64,000 nucleotides of DNA from Nitrososphaerota archaeon (GTDB lineage: Archaea > Thermoproteota > Nitrososphaeria_A > Caldarchaeales > Calditenuaceae), in NCBI GenBank assembly GCA_041641295.1, contig JBEPYO010000001.1, positions 864,001 to 928,000 on the forward strand. Direction: 5' to 3'. The notes below the pieces were generated by a model. The model ran no database searches. It was not told the DNA's origin and saw only the letters and a program-made list of their open reading frames with translations. Below are positions 1 to 8,175 of the stretch, piece by piece; position 1 is the first letter of the stretch; every line of letters starts with the position of its first letter. Made by a program: the position numbers and the translations under genes.

Positions 1-159
1 CGCGTTGACCCCTAGGCATGAGGACCACTGACAGCCAAGGCCAGCTCCCGGCGCTGCCTGGGCGTAGACGTTGGGCGGCTGATACAGCAGTATCGCCGCG
101 ACCAGCAGACTCGCAACACCCACAGCGACTACAGCCGATATCTTAAACCCACGATTCAT
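1..159 (-). CDS. Secreted/exported protein, N-terminus only (runs off window edge)
   Basis: Manual translation from ATG at 159: MNRGFKISAVVAVGVASLLVAAILLYQPPNVYAQAAPG..., basic N-terminus, hydrophobic stretch and VYA-Q-like cleavage site; not in ORF track. Confidence 0.55.
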   Translation of the reverse strand, partial: MNRGFKISAVVAVGVASLLVAAILLYQPPNVYAQAAPGAGLGCQWSSCLGVNA

Positions 160-216
160 ACAGCCCTCAACACAGTATACAGGACAGGCGTGATAAAAGC
201 CACATGTACGAATCGT

Positions 217-1047
217 CTAACGCGGCCTCTTGGCCCCCTTGCCGGACTCAGCGAACCTCAGCAGGTTTACGAGAATCGCGATATCTGTGCGAGGTATCCT
301 TAGACTTCCCGAGCCCTCTGCCTCGAGCTGTGCATAGCCCTTAGCAAGCCTCAGCCTGTAGCCTGTGTTGCCGCGGCACTCGTAGACTTCCTCTCGGGTT
401 AGGGGGTCTGAGTAGATGAGGCGGGGCCTGGAGGCGATTATCCTAGCCAGCGCTTCTTCTGGTCCGAGAGGGCCGTAGAGCTCTATCAGCCTCCGAACCT
501 CGCGAGAGGATAGAGCATTCTCTCTCGCTAGCTCTACGACGCGACCCTTGTCCTCCTCCGGCAGGTCCGATGCGGCCACGATGGACTTTGCACTGATGCT
601 CAAGCCCTCCTCGCGAACCCTCCCAGCCCTCTCCAACTCGTAGTACCAGGCCCTGCTTATCCCGAAGTGTCTGCAGGCCTCCTCGACACTCTTGAATACC
701 TCCCGCTGGATCATCAGGTCTATGTAGTTTAGGAGCTCTTCGGGCGTCAGGTCTTCTTGGCTCAGGTGTATTGAAAAGGCTATCTTCATCGCCTCCTCCT
801 CGGATACCTCGTAGACTATTGCTGGGACCTCCTGGAGGCCCGCCCTCCTCGCCGCCTCTAGTCTGCGGGAGCCGTCAAGGACCTCGTACCTGCCATGCGC
901 GCTGTTCCACCAGAGGATTAGGGGCTGCGTGACCCCCATTTGTCTGATGGACGTGGTGAGGGCTTCGAGCCGCTCCCTATCCACCACCTGCCTCGGGTTT
1001 ATCGGGGTTTTATGGATCTGGCTGAGGGGGATTGGGGCTACTTTCAT
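217..1047 (-). CDS. parB: ParB/Spo0J-family protein (ParB N-terminal CTPase domain + HTH)
   Basis: NPRQ...L..SIRQMGVTQPLIL, YEVLDGSRRLEAA (GxRR motif), HTH-like VEEACRHFGISRAWYYEL. Confidence 0.85.
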   Translation of the reverse strand: MKVAPIPLSQIHKTPINPRQVVDRERLEALTTSIRQMGVTQPLILWWNSAHGRYEVLDGSRRLEAARRAGLQEVPAIVYEVSEEEAMKIAFSIHLSQEDLTPEELLNYIDLMIQREVFKSVEEACRHFGISRAWYYELERAGRVREEGLSISAKSIVAASDLPEEDKGRVVELARENALSSREVRRLIELYGPLGPEEALARIIASRPRLIYSDPLTREEVYECRGNTGYRLRLAKGYAQLEAEGSGSLRIPRTDIAILVNLLRFAESGKGAKRPR

Positions 1048-1325
1048 GGCTGCTTTATTCTCAGCCTCAGGACTGGCTTCTTATTGTCGAGAACTTCGAG
1101 CACCCAGCGGGGGGTCTCGACTACCTGCTGGCAGAAGTATTGGAGGGCCATCGAGGTCAGGTCTCTCGCCCTCGTATCTGGTAGTAGCCTCCGGTAGAGG
1201 GCCCTGTACTCGGCGGAGCCTACCACGAAGTCCCGCCCCTTAACTCCCGAGAGCTCATCGGCTAGGAGGTCGCCCAGCCTCCAGACAAGCCTGAGAGCGA
1301 GCCTCTTATCCCTGAGCCGCGGCAA
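1044..1325 (-). CDS. Small hypothetical protein, translationally coupled to parB
   Basis: 93 aa ORF whose stop overlaps the parB start; no recognised motif. Confidence 0.6.
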   Translation of the reverse strand: MPRLRDKRLALRLVWRLGDLLADELSGVKGRDFVVGSAEYRALYRRLLPDTRARDLTSMALQYFCQQVVETPRWVLEVLDNKKPVLRLRIKQP

Positions 1326-1344
1326 GGCAGCACCACCCGGCCCA

Positions 1345-1491
1345 TTAGAGCCCCAGCGCGCTCCTCAGAATCCTCCGTATAAGCAAGGAGACAGGCACCC
1401 CCTCTGATGACGCCCTCTCCTCCAAAGCCCTATACAAGTCCTGTGGTAGGCGGATATGGATGTCCCTTGAATCTTTAAGCGCCCTCTTCAA
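1345..1491 (-). CDS. Ribbon-helix-helix (CopG/Arc-like) DNA-binding protein, ~48 aa
   Basis: IHIRLPQDLYRALEERASSEGVPVSLLIRRIL is an RHH pattern; start moved to TTG 1491 behind a GGTGG SD-like sequence. Confidence 0.75.
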   Translation of the reverse strand: MKRALKDSRDIHIRLPQDLYRALEERASSEGVPVSLLIRRILRSALGL

Positions 1492-1607
1492 GCTCCACCA
1501 CCCCCAGCCGTGGATCACCACTGTCCAGAACCATACAATGGTTATCCATACCGATACCACCGTCTGACACCACCCCATGGATTCGCGACAAGATATATAT
1601 CTTAAGA

Positions 1608-1988
1608 GTGTTAGGTGAAAGTGTGCCGAGGCCCACGTCTGCGAGGGAGGCTGTCTGGAGCATCAGGCTGAAGCGGGAGATAGACGAGATTTTAGAGAAG
1701 GAGGCCAAGAAGCGGGGAATAAGCAAGAACGACCTCGTGAAGTCCATCATACTCGACTGGGCCTACAGGAACGGATACAACAAGGTGCTCCACTTCAACT
1801 TCCGGAACACGACAATCACCCTCTGGGACTTCCTACTCAACCAAACCGTCGACATCACATACACGGGCGACAAGCGTCTCTTCTGCGAGCACTGCAGGAC
1901 GCATAACTGCGGCCACGTATACTACGCAGTCACGAGCATACCGGAGGTTGCTAGGAAGGTTAGGCGCGGCGAGATAAGGGTTGACTAG
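1608..1988 (+). CDS. RHH protein with C-terminal Cys/His zinc-binding motif
   Basis: WSIRLKREIDEILEKEAKKRGISKNDLVKSII (RHH) and CEHCRTHNCGH (SWIM-like). Confidence 0.75.
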   Translation: MLGESVPRPTSAREAVWSIRLKREIDEILEKEAKKRGISKNDLVKSIILDWAYRNGYNKVLHFNFRNTTITLWDFLLNQTVDITYTGDKRLFCEHCRTHNCGHVYYAVTSIPEVARKVRRGEIRVD

Positions 1989-2029
1989 ACTCTGAGGAAT
2001 ATTTTGCGGCAGGTGGATGGGCTGTCCCT

Positions 2030-2341
2030 GTGGGACTGCTCTACAGGCTCGGCCTTCTAGCCGCCATCATTGTTCTGGTAGTCGTCGGGGTTGTCCTTCT
2101 CGCCGACTGGCCGGTGGGGCTTGGCGAGTATTCCATCCAAGTCTGCAGGGGGATTGTGGAGGGCGGCCCAGCTGGTGGGAGGGTGATCTGCGAGGAGAGG
2201 AGATTTAACCTCTTCCGGGGAAGCCAAGTTTCAGGGATTCTAGGCACCGCTATACTTTCCTTGGCCCTAAACCTCATAGTTTTCTTTGTGAGAGAGTTTG
2301 CCAGGTTTTTGAGATTCTTTCATGGGGGTGGACAGGCCTAA
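2030..2341 (+). CDS. Small two-TM membrane protein
   Basis: Two hydrophobic segments flanking a short loop with two Cys. Confidence 0.55.
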   Translation: MGLLYRLGLLAAIIVLVVVGVVLLADWPVGLGEYSIQVCRGIVEGGPAGGRVICEERRFNLFRGSQVSGILGTAILSLALNLIVFFVREFARFLRFFHGGGQA

Positions 2342-2742
2342 AATCCCTTGAGATCCCCGCCTCTGCATTCACAATATCACTGACGCCACCCTGTTGCCCT
2401 GTATGGAATACATAGTAAGGTAAGAAGCTGACACATTCTCATCGACTTCTACTTGGCTGGGACTATTCTGACTGCTCTGCCGACCGTAAGCATCCTCCAC
2501 CCTCTCCCCTACTTGGTGCATAGACTATGCGGATTCCGATCTAACCTAGCCCTAGCTGTCTGAGTGGATGTGAAGAGACTGGCAGCTTGGGGCAGCCGTG
2601 TCTAGGGTCTGGGATTGGCCAATCGGTTGGCGTAGCCTCCCCGCAACACTGGCTGGAGATTTGATAGATGACATGGCCCCGGTATGATCACGGCCATTCC
2701 ACAGGAAGCCCGCTAGCCAAAACAAATATAATGTGAGAGAGT

Positions 2743-3165
2743 TTGGGGCCGGGCCTGGAGGCTTTGCCTGCGAAGAGGAGGGTTAGGGTAGAGGTTGTGA
2801 GCGACGACGGCGACAGATTAACAGTCATACTTGAGGGGAGGGTTACGAGGGAGAAGATCATGCAGCTTGCCGACCTCGTGGACCTCTACGGCGGAGGCGC
2901 CTCCCCCCAGCAGCCCATAGAGAACAAGCTGACGAGGTTGGCCAGGATGATTGAGAAGAGGTTCCCCTACGCCGAGTTCACCTCACGGGACGTGGTTGAG
3001 GCCTATGAGGCCGAGTATGGAGAGAAGCTGACCCTGAGCACGGCCTCCACCTACCTCTCGAGGCTTGCTGAGAGGGGGTTCTTGGAGAGGGCCGGCGGCA
3101 TGCTAAATAATATTAGATATCGGCTGCTCAGGGGCCGGGTTGAGGAGGTTGAGGGCGACCAGTAG
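2743..3165 (+). CDS. Winged-HTH DNA-binding protein
   Basis: FTSRDVVEAYE...LSTASTYLSRLAERGFLER...YRL wHTH pattern; true start may be TTG 2764. Confidence 0.75.
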   Translation: MGPGLEALPAKRRVRVEVVSDDGDRLTVILEGRVTREKIMQLADLVDLYGGGASPQQPIENKLTRLARMIEKRFPYAEFTSRDVVEAYEAEYGEKLTLSTASTYLSRLAERGFLERAGGMLNNIRYRLLRGRVEEVEGDQ

Positions 3166-3550
3166 CCCTCCCGGCCAGCTTCTCCAGTATCTCTAGCGCA
3201 TCCTCCATCTCTCCGCTCTCCAAGGCCTGACTGAGCTCTAGCAGCCAGGCGAACCGTCTCTCGCCTAGGAGGCCTAGGTATCCGAGGAGTAGGAGGGTGT
3301 GGATGGATTGGGAGATGTTACGCAGGGCTTGTCCGAGTATTTTGGCGTAGGTTCCGCGGGAGACGCCGAGTAGCCGTGCCTTCTCTTCAAAGGTCCTCCG
3401 AGCCCCGGTCGCATAGTCCTCGGCCTCCAGCCTGAGTGCTTCAAACTGCCTCCTCGTGAGGGATGAGCCCCGGAGTAGGGCCCTGAGAACCGGGTCTTCC
3501 CCCGGAATAGAGCCCCTCTCCTCCAAAAGGAGCTCAAGCGGATAAGTCAA
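3128..3550 (-). CDS. HTH transcription regulator (Tfx/HTH-10/sigma70-r4-like)
   Basis: LTRRQFEAL...TFEEKARLLGVSRGTYAKILGQALRNI. Confidence 0.7.
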   Translation of the reverse strand: MTYPLELLLEERGSIPGEDPVLRALLRGSSLTRRQFEALRLEAEDYATGARRTFEEKARLLGVSRGTYAKILGQALRNISQSIHTLLLLGYLGLLGERRFAWLLELSQALESGEMEDALEILEKLAGRATGRPQPPQPGP

Positions 3551-3598
3551 GCATCGCCCACCTCCCTGCTAGACATTTTTGTCAACGCCACTCCCTGA

Positions 3599-4435
3599 TT
3601 AGTGCTCGCCACCCTCAAGACCCACCCCACTCTCGATAGACTCTCCACGTATTACCTCACCCCTAAGCCTCGCCAACACCTCCTCGGCCAAGGCCGCATA
3701 CGCCCTCGCAGCATCCGAGTCGGGGGCATAGATTACTAGGGGTGTCCTGTGGAAGTGGCCCTCCTCAGCCTTGACGCTCATGGGGATCTCGGTCGAGAGG
3801 AGGCCGTCGCCGAGCCTGGCCCGGAGGTCGCTCCGAACCTCCCGCGTAACACGGTACCTGTTGTCGACCATCGTGAGGAAGTGACCTAGAATCTCGATCC
3901 TCCTCCCCAGCCTCTTCCTCATCAAGTGTATTATCTGGTATAGCCTTCTAAGCCCCTCTATGCTGTAGAGCCTGGGCTGGATTGGGACGAGTACGTGGCT
4001 GGAGGCGTATAGGGCGTTGAATGTCAGGACGCCGAGGCTTGGCGGAGTATCCACCAATACGACGTCGTATTTGGAAAGTTCCGGCTCCAAGACTGTGGCC
4101 AAGACGGCCTCCCTGCCGGGCTGACGGGCAATCCTATCCTCTGCTGCCGCAAGCGACTCGTTACTAGGTGCGACATATAGCCCCGGAATCCCCGTCTCCC
4201 TGACAACTTGGCCTAGGCCTTGGACTCCGATGAGGGCTGCTGTAACGGTTCTCGAGGATTCGCCAGTGTCTATGCCGAGGGAGAGGGCGAGGTGTCCCTG
4301 GGGGTCCATGTCGACTGCCAGAACTTTGAGGCCGTGCCTCAGGGCGAGGGCTGATGCCAAGTTGACTACGCTCGTCGTCTTTCCGACGCCGCCCTTTTGG
4401 TTGCTAACGGCTATCACCCACGTCACACACGTCAC
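3599..4435 (-). CDS. parA: ParA/Soj-family ATPase
   Basis: Deviant Walker A NQKGGVGKTT, VDMDPQG, YDVVLVDTPPSLG, TMVDNR. Confidence 0.93.
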   Translation of the reverse strand: MTCVTWVIAVSNQKGGVGKTTSVVNLASALALRHGLKVLAVDMDPQGHLALSLGIDTGESSRTVTAALIGVQGLGQVVRETGIPGLYVAPSNESLAAAEDRIARQPGREAVLATVLEPELSKYDVVLVDTPPSLGVLTFNALYASSHVLVPIQPRLYSIEGLRRLYQIIHLMRKRLGRRIEILGHFLTMVDNRYRVTREVRSDLRARLGDGLLSTEIPMSVKAEEGHFHRTPLVIYAPDSDAARAYAALAEEVLARLRGEVIRGESIESGVGLEGGEH

Positions 4436-4458
4436 CCCTGTCCCCCATGCCCCACACG
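4414..4458. repeat. Five tandem 9-bp repeats, consensus TCACCCAYG
   Basis: TCACCCACG, TCACACACG, TCACCCCTG, TCCCCCATG, CCCCACACG read contiguously. Confidence 0.8.
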
Positions 4459-4755
4459 GGCGACAAGTTCCCTAATCCCAATCTTCACCGACATCCTAAG
4501 CACCTTTGAGTAGAGCCCCCGCGGGTCGCCTAGGGGCCCCTGCATCTCGGCCAGCCTCGAGACAACACCCTCCAGCAGCTCATAGTCCTCCGGGTCTATG
4601 TAGAAGTGGACCTTCCTCCGCCTCTGCCTATCTTGGGCCCCGGGCCGGGTGGCAGGCTGCTCCGCCGGGGTCTCGGGCGATAATAGGTCCTCGATCGTTG
4701 GTAGAAGCCGGTCTAGATAATCGGATGGTATCCGCCTAGACGATGGGTCCGGCAT
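4432..4755 (-). CDS. Small RHH-like protein upstream of parA (candidate centromere-binding partner)
   Basis: Low-complexity N-terminus then RRKVHFYIDPEDYELLE...YSKVLRMSVKIGIREL; stop overlaps parA start; ATG 4755 lies ~26 nt downstream of a TATA box (ORF track start is 4779). Confidence 0.65.
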   Translation of the reverse strand: MPDPSSRRIPSDYLDRLLPTIEDLLSPETPAEQPATRPGAQDRQRRRKVHFYIDPEDYELLEGVVSRLAEMQGPLGDPRGLYSKVLRMSVKIGIRELVARVGHGGQG

Positions 4756-4762
4756 GACGAGA

Positions 4763-4816
4763 GCACCCACATCACCCACGTATTATAGGTTGCACACGTC
4801 ACCCATGGGAGACATG
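4763..4816 (-). promoter_or_regulatory. Promoter of the RHH-parA operon embedded in 9-bp phased repeats
   Basis: GCACCCACA, TCACCCACG, [TATTATAGG = minus-strand TATA-like box], TTGCACACG, TCACCCATG in exact 9-bp register, plus an inverted copy CATGGGAGA at 4804-4812. Confidence 0.65.
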
Positions 4817-5211
4817 TCCTCCGTAGTACCATAATTTATAGCCACCACGGACCTTTTACAACGTTCCACCGGATTATTCTTGTATTGTAATACTAGGTTT
4901 AAATATTAGTTACTTTCTATACTCGACTACTAAAAATATGTAGTCTATACTTGTATCTTCTCTTTTTATTGATGAGTTTAAGGGGATGATTAACAATTCT
5001 CAGCAAGTTTATCAGTGTGCGCAAACATGGTATCTTTTAAGCTGCGTGCGCACATCTCCTGATAATCAGAATTGTCCTACTGACTAACTGACCATTAACA
5101 CGCGTTATCTAAAGTATTTCGCTGTAATACAGATATTATATAATGTTTTCGTTATCTCCTAGTGATTTATTACTCTTACTGCGGGTCCCCATATTTCGCT
5201 GGTGGGTTGTA

Positions 5212-5472
5212 ATGGCGGATACCGTGCTACTTCAGGTTAGGGTCAGTTCAGCTTTGGTAAGGAAGATTGATGAGCTATGCAGTGAAGGTATCTTCAGAAA
5301 TAGGAGTGAGGCAGTAAGCGACGCGATACGGATGCTCATAGCTAGGTACTCGAAGACCTCTCCTGAGGCCCGCACAACAGCACTCTACCTGAGCGGGAGG
5401 CTCAACAGGGCCGGCAACCCCGAGGACTTGGTCTTTACAGCTGAAACAGAGATCGTTGATAAGGAAGAGTAG
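5212..5472 (+). CDS. RHH (CopG/ParD-like) regulator
   Basis: LLQVRVSSALVRKIDELCSEGIFRNRSEAVSDAIRMLI; start moved to ATG 5212. Confidence 0.75.
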   Translation: MADTVLLQVRVSSALVRKIDELCSEGIFRNRSEAVSDAIRMLIARYSKTSPEARTTALYLSGRLNRAGNPEDLVFTAETEIVDKEE

Positions 5473-5728
5473 TGCATAGCCATTAATGCTAATTTTTCTA
5501 TTTTTTACACCATCTAACGCTAATGAGCGACCTAATAGGGCGAGACAGAATCGTTTATAGAGCGGGCGGGAAGGGTAAAAATAAATAAAAAGGTGAGACA
5601 CAAAAAGACACCCATCAGCATTGATGACATATTTAATCTTTACTACAAAATAAAGACAAACATATATATTACTAAAAGCACACTATATTCAGCAGTATGA
5701 TGAATGAAATATACATATCCCATACAAG

Positions 5729-6436
5729 ATGCAAAGCAATAAGGGGGTGTCGGAGGTGGCTAGCCTAGGGGTTAAAGCCAAGACAACAGCCGAGAGGAAG
5801 GGCTCTCCAGAGGACATTCTGCGGCAGATCGAGGAGCTCCGCGAGCCGATTGAGAAGACCCTCACGGACATTCGGGAGATGATAAGCGCCCTCGACAACC
5901 CGTTGATCGGGGTTATGGAGGAGCCGCCGCCCCAGCCGCGCGGGGAGCCTCTCACGAGGAGGGGGCGGGATGGTGAGGCTGAAGCTGGCCGCATAGGGTC
6001 TCCACCCCATGTAGGCGGGGCCGCTCTTGAGGGTGTGGCCAGCGGTGAGACGGCCGGGCCGCCAGCCCCTCCACCAATCCCCCAGACCCCACTCTCCGCA
6101 AGCGCCAGCGTCTCACGGTTCAACGCCACCGCCATCGCCTCCCTCGCAGTCTGGCTCCTAGGCCGCGACGTCTTCGAGAGGCTTGTAAACTCCCTCGCAC
6201 TCAACTCTCCCAGCAACCTCTATCTAACGGCACTCCTGAGGGAGTCCGCCGACTTCGTGGCAGCGACGCTCCGGGACGAGCGCGTCTTCGCTAGGGCAGG
6301 CTCAAGCCACGAGGCCTACCTGCTATGCGTCATGCTCCTCGAGCTCTACCTCTCCAACCCCTCTCTCTCCTCCATCGGGATTGTCGCCTCTCTGATTCAG
6401 AGGCTCCTCTCACATGGTGGGGTGAAGGGCGCGTGA
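5729..6436 (+). CDS. Archaellum accessory protein, ArlC/D/E-like
   Basis: First gene of arl operon; N-terminal coiled coil ending IREMISALDNPL (ArlC-like NP motif), Pro-rich linker, helical C-terminal domain. Confidence 0.5.
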   Translation: MQSNKGVSEVASLGVKAKTTAERKGSPEDILRQIEELREPIEKTLTDIREMISALDNPLIGVMEEPPPQPRGEPLTRRGRDGEAEAGRIGSPPHVGGAALEGVASGETAGPPAPPPIPQTPLSASASVSRFNATAIASLAVWLLGRDVFERLVNSLALNSPSNLYLTALLRESADFVAATLRDERVFARAGSSHEAYLLCVMLLELYLSNPSLSSIGIVASLIQRLLSHGGVKGA

Positions 6437-6933
6437 GCCCCTCAGGCATAGTTGGTGAGGCCTACCTTCTCATCGTCTCCATCATCATCCTCGCAGGCTT
6501 CTCCACCGTCTACTACAGCAGCTACTCCTCGCTGGGTGAGGCGGTGAGGCTTGAGGCGCTGGAGGCCAGGGATAGGGTTGAGAAGAGACTAGTAGTCGCA
6601 GCCATCAACTACGACGCCAGCCAGGGAGTCCTCGAGGTCTACCTGAAGAGCGTGGGGGCGCGTGGCATCTCAAGGGGCGAACTCCAAGCCTCCTCAATCT
6701 ACCTAATCTCAAACGGGTACTTCCAGCACTTCGCCTACTCGGAGGGCGGAGGACCCGGCACATGGAGCCTCGAGCTCGTCTCAGACAGCCTCGGGAACGG
6801 AGTCCTCGACAGGGGAGATACTGCTAGGGCGGTCCTCAGGCCTTCTGGAGCCCTGGCCAACGGGACGTATGTGGTGAGGGTGGTGATGCCGACTGGCAGG
6901 GTTGTGGAGGAGGTCTTCTCCGTCGGGGGGTGA
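6433..6933 (+). CDS. arlG: Archaellum protein ArlG (FlaG)
   Basis: N-terminal TM (GEAYLLIVSIIILAGF), VYLKSVG, LDRGDT archaellin-like beta domain; GTG overlaps upstream TGA; position before arlF-H-I-J. Confidence 0.75.
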   Translation: MSPSGIVGEAYLLIVSIIILAGFSTVYYSSYSSLGEAVRLEALEARDRVEKRLVVAAINYDASQGVLEVYLKSVGARGISRGELQASSIYLISNGYFQHFAYSEGGGPGTWSLELVSDSLGNGVLDRGDTARAVLRPSGALANGTYVVRVVMPTGRVVEEVFSVGG

Positions 6934-6942
6934 GGAGCGGGT

Positions 6943-7458
6943 ATGGGCTTGAGCACGGCGGTCACCGCCTCCTTTGCCCTCATGCTCCTGATAGGAGCTA
7001 TGGCAAGCCTGCTCACACTCTCCTCCGAGGTCAGGAGCGGCCTACTGGAACTCTCGGAGAAGATGCGCTCCGACGGATGCCAAGCCCGGTCAGCAGTGCT
7101 AGAAGTGAAGTGGATAAATGGTTCAGAGGTGGGGGCGGGTCTGAGACTCCACTCGGGCTGCGGCCTCAAGCTCCGCGACCTAGCCTCCTCAGACCTCTAC
7201 GCCTACTATTGGACCCTCTCCGGCGCCCGGGGGTTCAGCAGGCTCAGACCGGACCAAGACTGGAGAGTCTTAGAGGTAAGGGGGCCGGCGGGCTTGGAGC
7301 TCCTGAACCCCTCAACACCCGGGGCGTGGGAGGGCGTCCTAGACCCTGGGGAGGAGGCTGTGATGCTGGCTAGGCTTCCCGGAGAGTTTGACGCGGGCAG
7401 GGGAGCCGTCTTGGTTCTAGTTACGCCGGATGGTGATAGGGTGGTGGGTGGGGGTTGA
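6943..7458 (+). CDS. arlF: Archaellum protein ArlF (FlaF)
   Basis: MGLSTAVTA N-terminal TM, LNP...LDPGEE, VTPDG motifs; operon position. Confidence 0.75.
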   Translation: MGLSTAVTASFALMLLIGAMASLLTLSSEVRSGLLELSEKMRSDGCQARSAVLEVKWINGSEVGAGLRLHSGCGLKLRDLASSDLYAYYWTLSGARGFSRLRPDQDWRVLEVRGPAGLELLNPSTPGAWEGVLDPGEEAVMLARLPGEFDAGRGAVLVLVTPDGDRVVGGG

Positions 7459-8174
7459 GCGACGGGTCGAGGCACCTAGTCCTAAAGCTCCAGAACGAGG
7501 AGCTTGACAGGCGGATAGGCGGGATAGCCCTCCCGGCCCTGATAGTCATTGAGGGGCCGAACGACTCGGGGAAGAGCGTCCTATGCTACCAGCTGATGCA
7601 CGGAGCCCTCGCGGCAGGCCTCAGGGTATGCCTCATCTCCTCGGAGGGAGGCGGCAAGACAATCGTCAAGAACATGGAGAGCCTCAGCTTCACAGCCTCG
7701 AGACACTACCTGACAGGGAGGCTCCACGTCATCTCCTTCTACGTCAAGGACACCAAGTGGAGGCCAGAGTACTCGAAGGTGATAATGGACAGGCTCCTCA
7801 CATACATCGGCTCCAAGGCCGAGAAGTTCGACATATTCGTCATAGACTCACTCACGGTCTTCGTCACCGGCGGAGACCAGGAGGACGTCCTAACCTTCCT
7901 CTCTAGGCTCAGGATGATTTGCGAGAAGAGCGAGGTGAGCATGGTCCTAACCGTCCACCCCTACGCCCTCACACAGGAAACACTCATCAGGATAAGATCC
8001 CTCGCCGACGCCCACTTCCTCCTCTCGATCAAAGAGGTCGGAGACAAGATCTTCAAGACGATGCAGATACTCAAGGTGCGGGGCGCCTCGAAGTCCTCCA
8101 GCCAGACGATAAGCTTCGACGTCGACCCCGTCTTCGGGATAAAGATCCTCCCATACACGCAGGTGAAGGTCTAG
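7455..8174 (+). CDS. arlH: Archaellum RecA/KaiC-type ATP-binding protein ArlH (FlaH)
   Basis: ELDRRIGG, Walker A GPNDSGKS, Walker B FVIDS, TVHP, KVRG, FDVDPVFGI. Confidence 0.93.
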   Translation: MSDGSRHLVLKLQNEELDRRIGGIALPALIVIEGPNDSGKSVLCYQLMHGALAAGLRVCLISSEGGGKTIVKNMESLSFTASRHYLTGRLHVISFYVKDTKWRPEYSKVIMDRLLTYIGSKAEKFDIFVIDSLTVFVTGGDQEDVLTFLSRLRMICEKSEVSMVLTVHPYALTQETLIRIRSLADAHFLLSIKEVGDKIFKTMQILKVRGASKSSSQTISFDVDPVFGIKILPYTQVKV

Positions 8175-8175
8175 C

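Noticed and set aside
2342-2742. 400-bp intergenic gap as ncRNA or pseudogene
   Set aside because: No convincing helices, repeats or recognisable reading-frame remnant found by eye.
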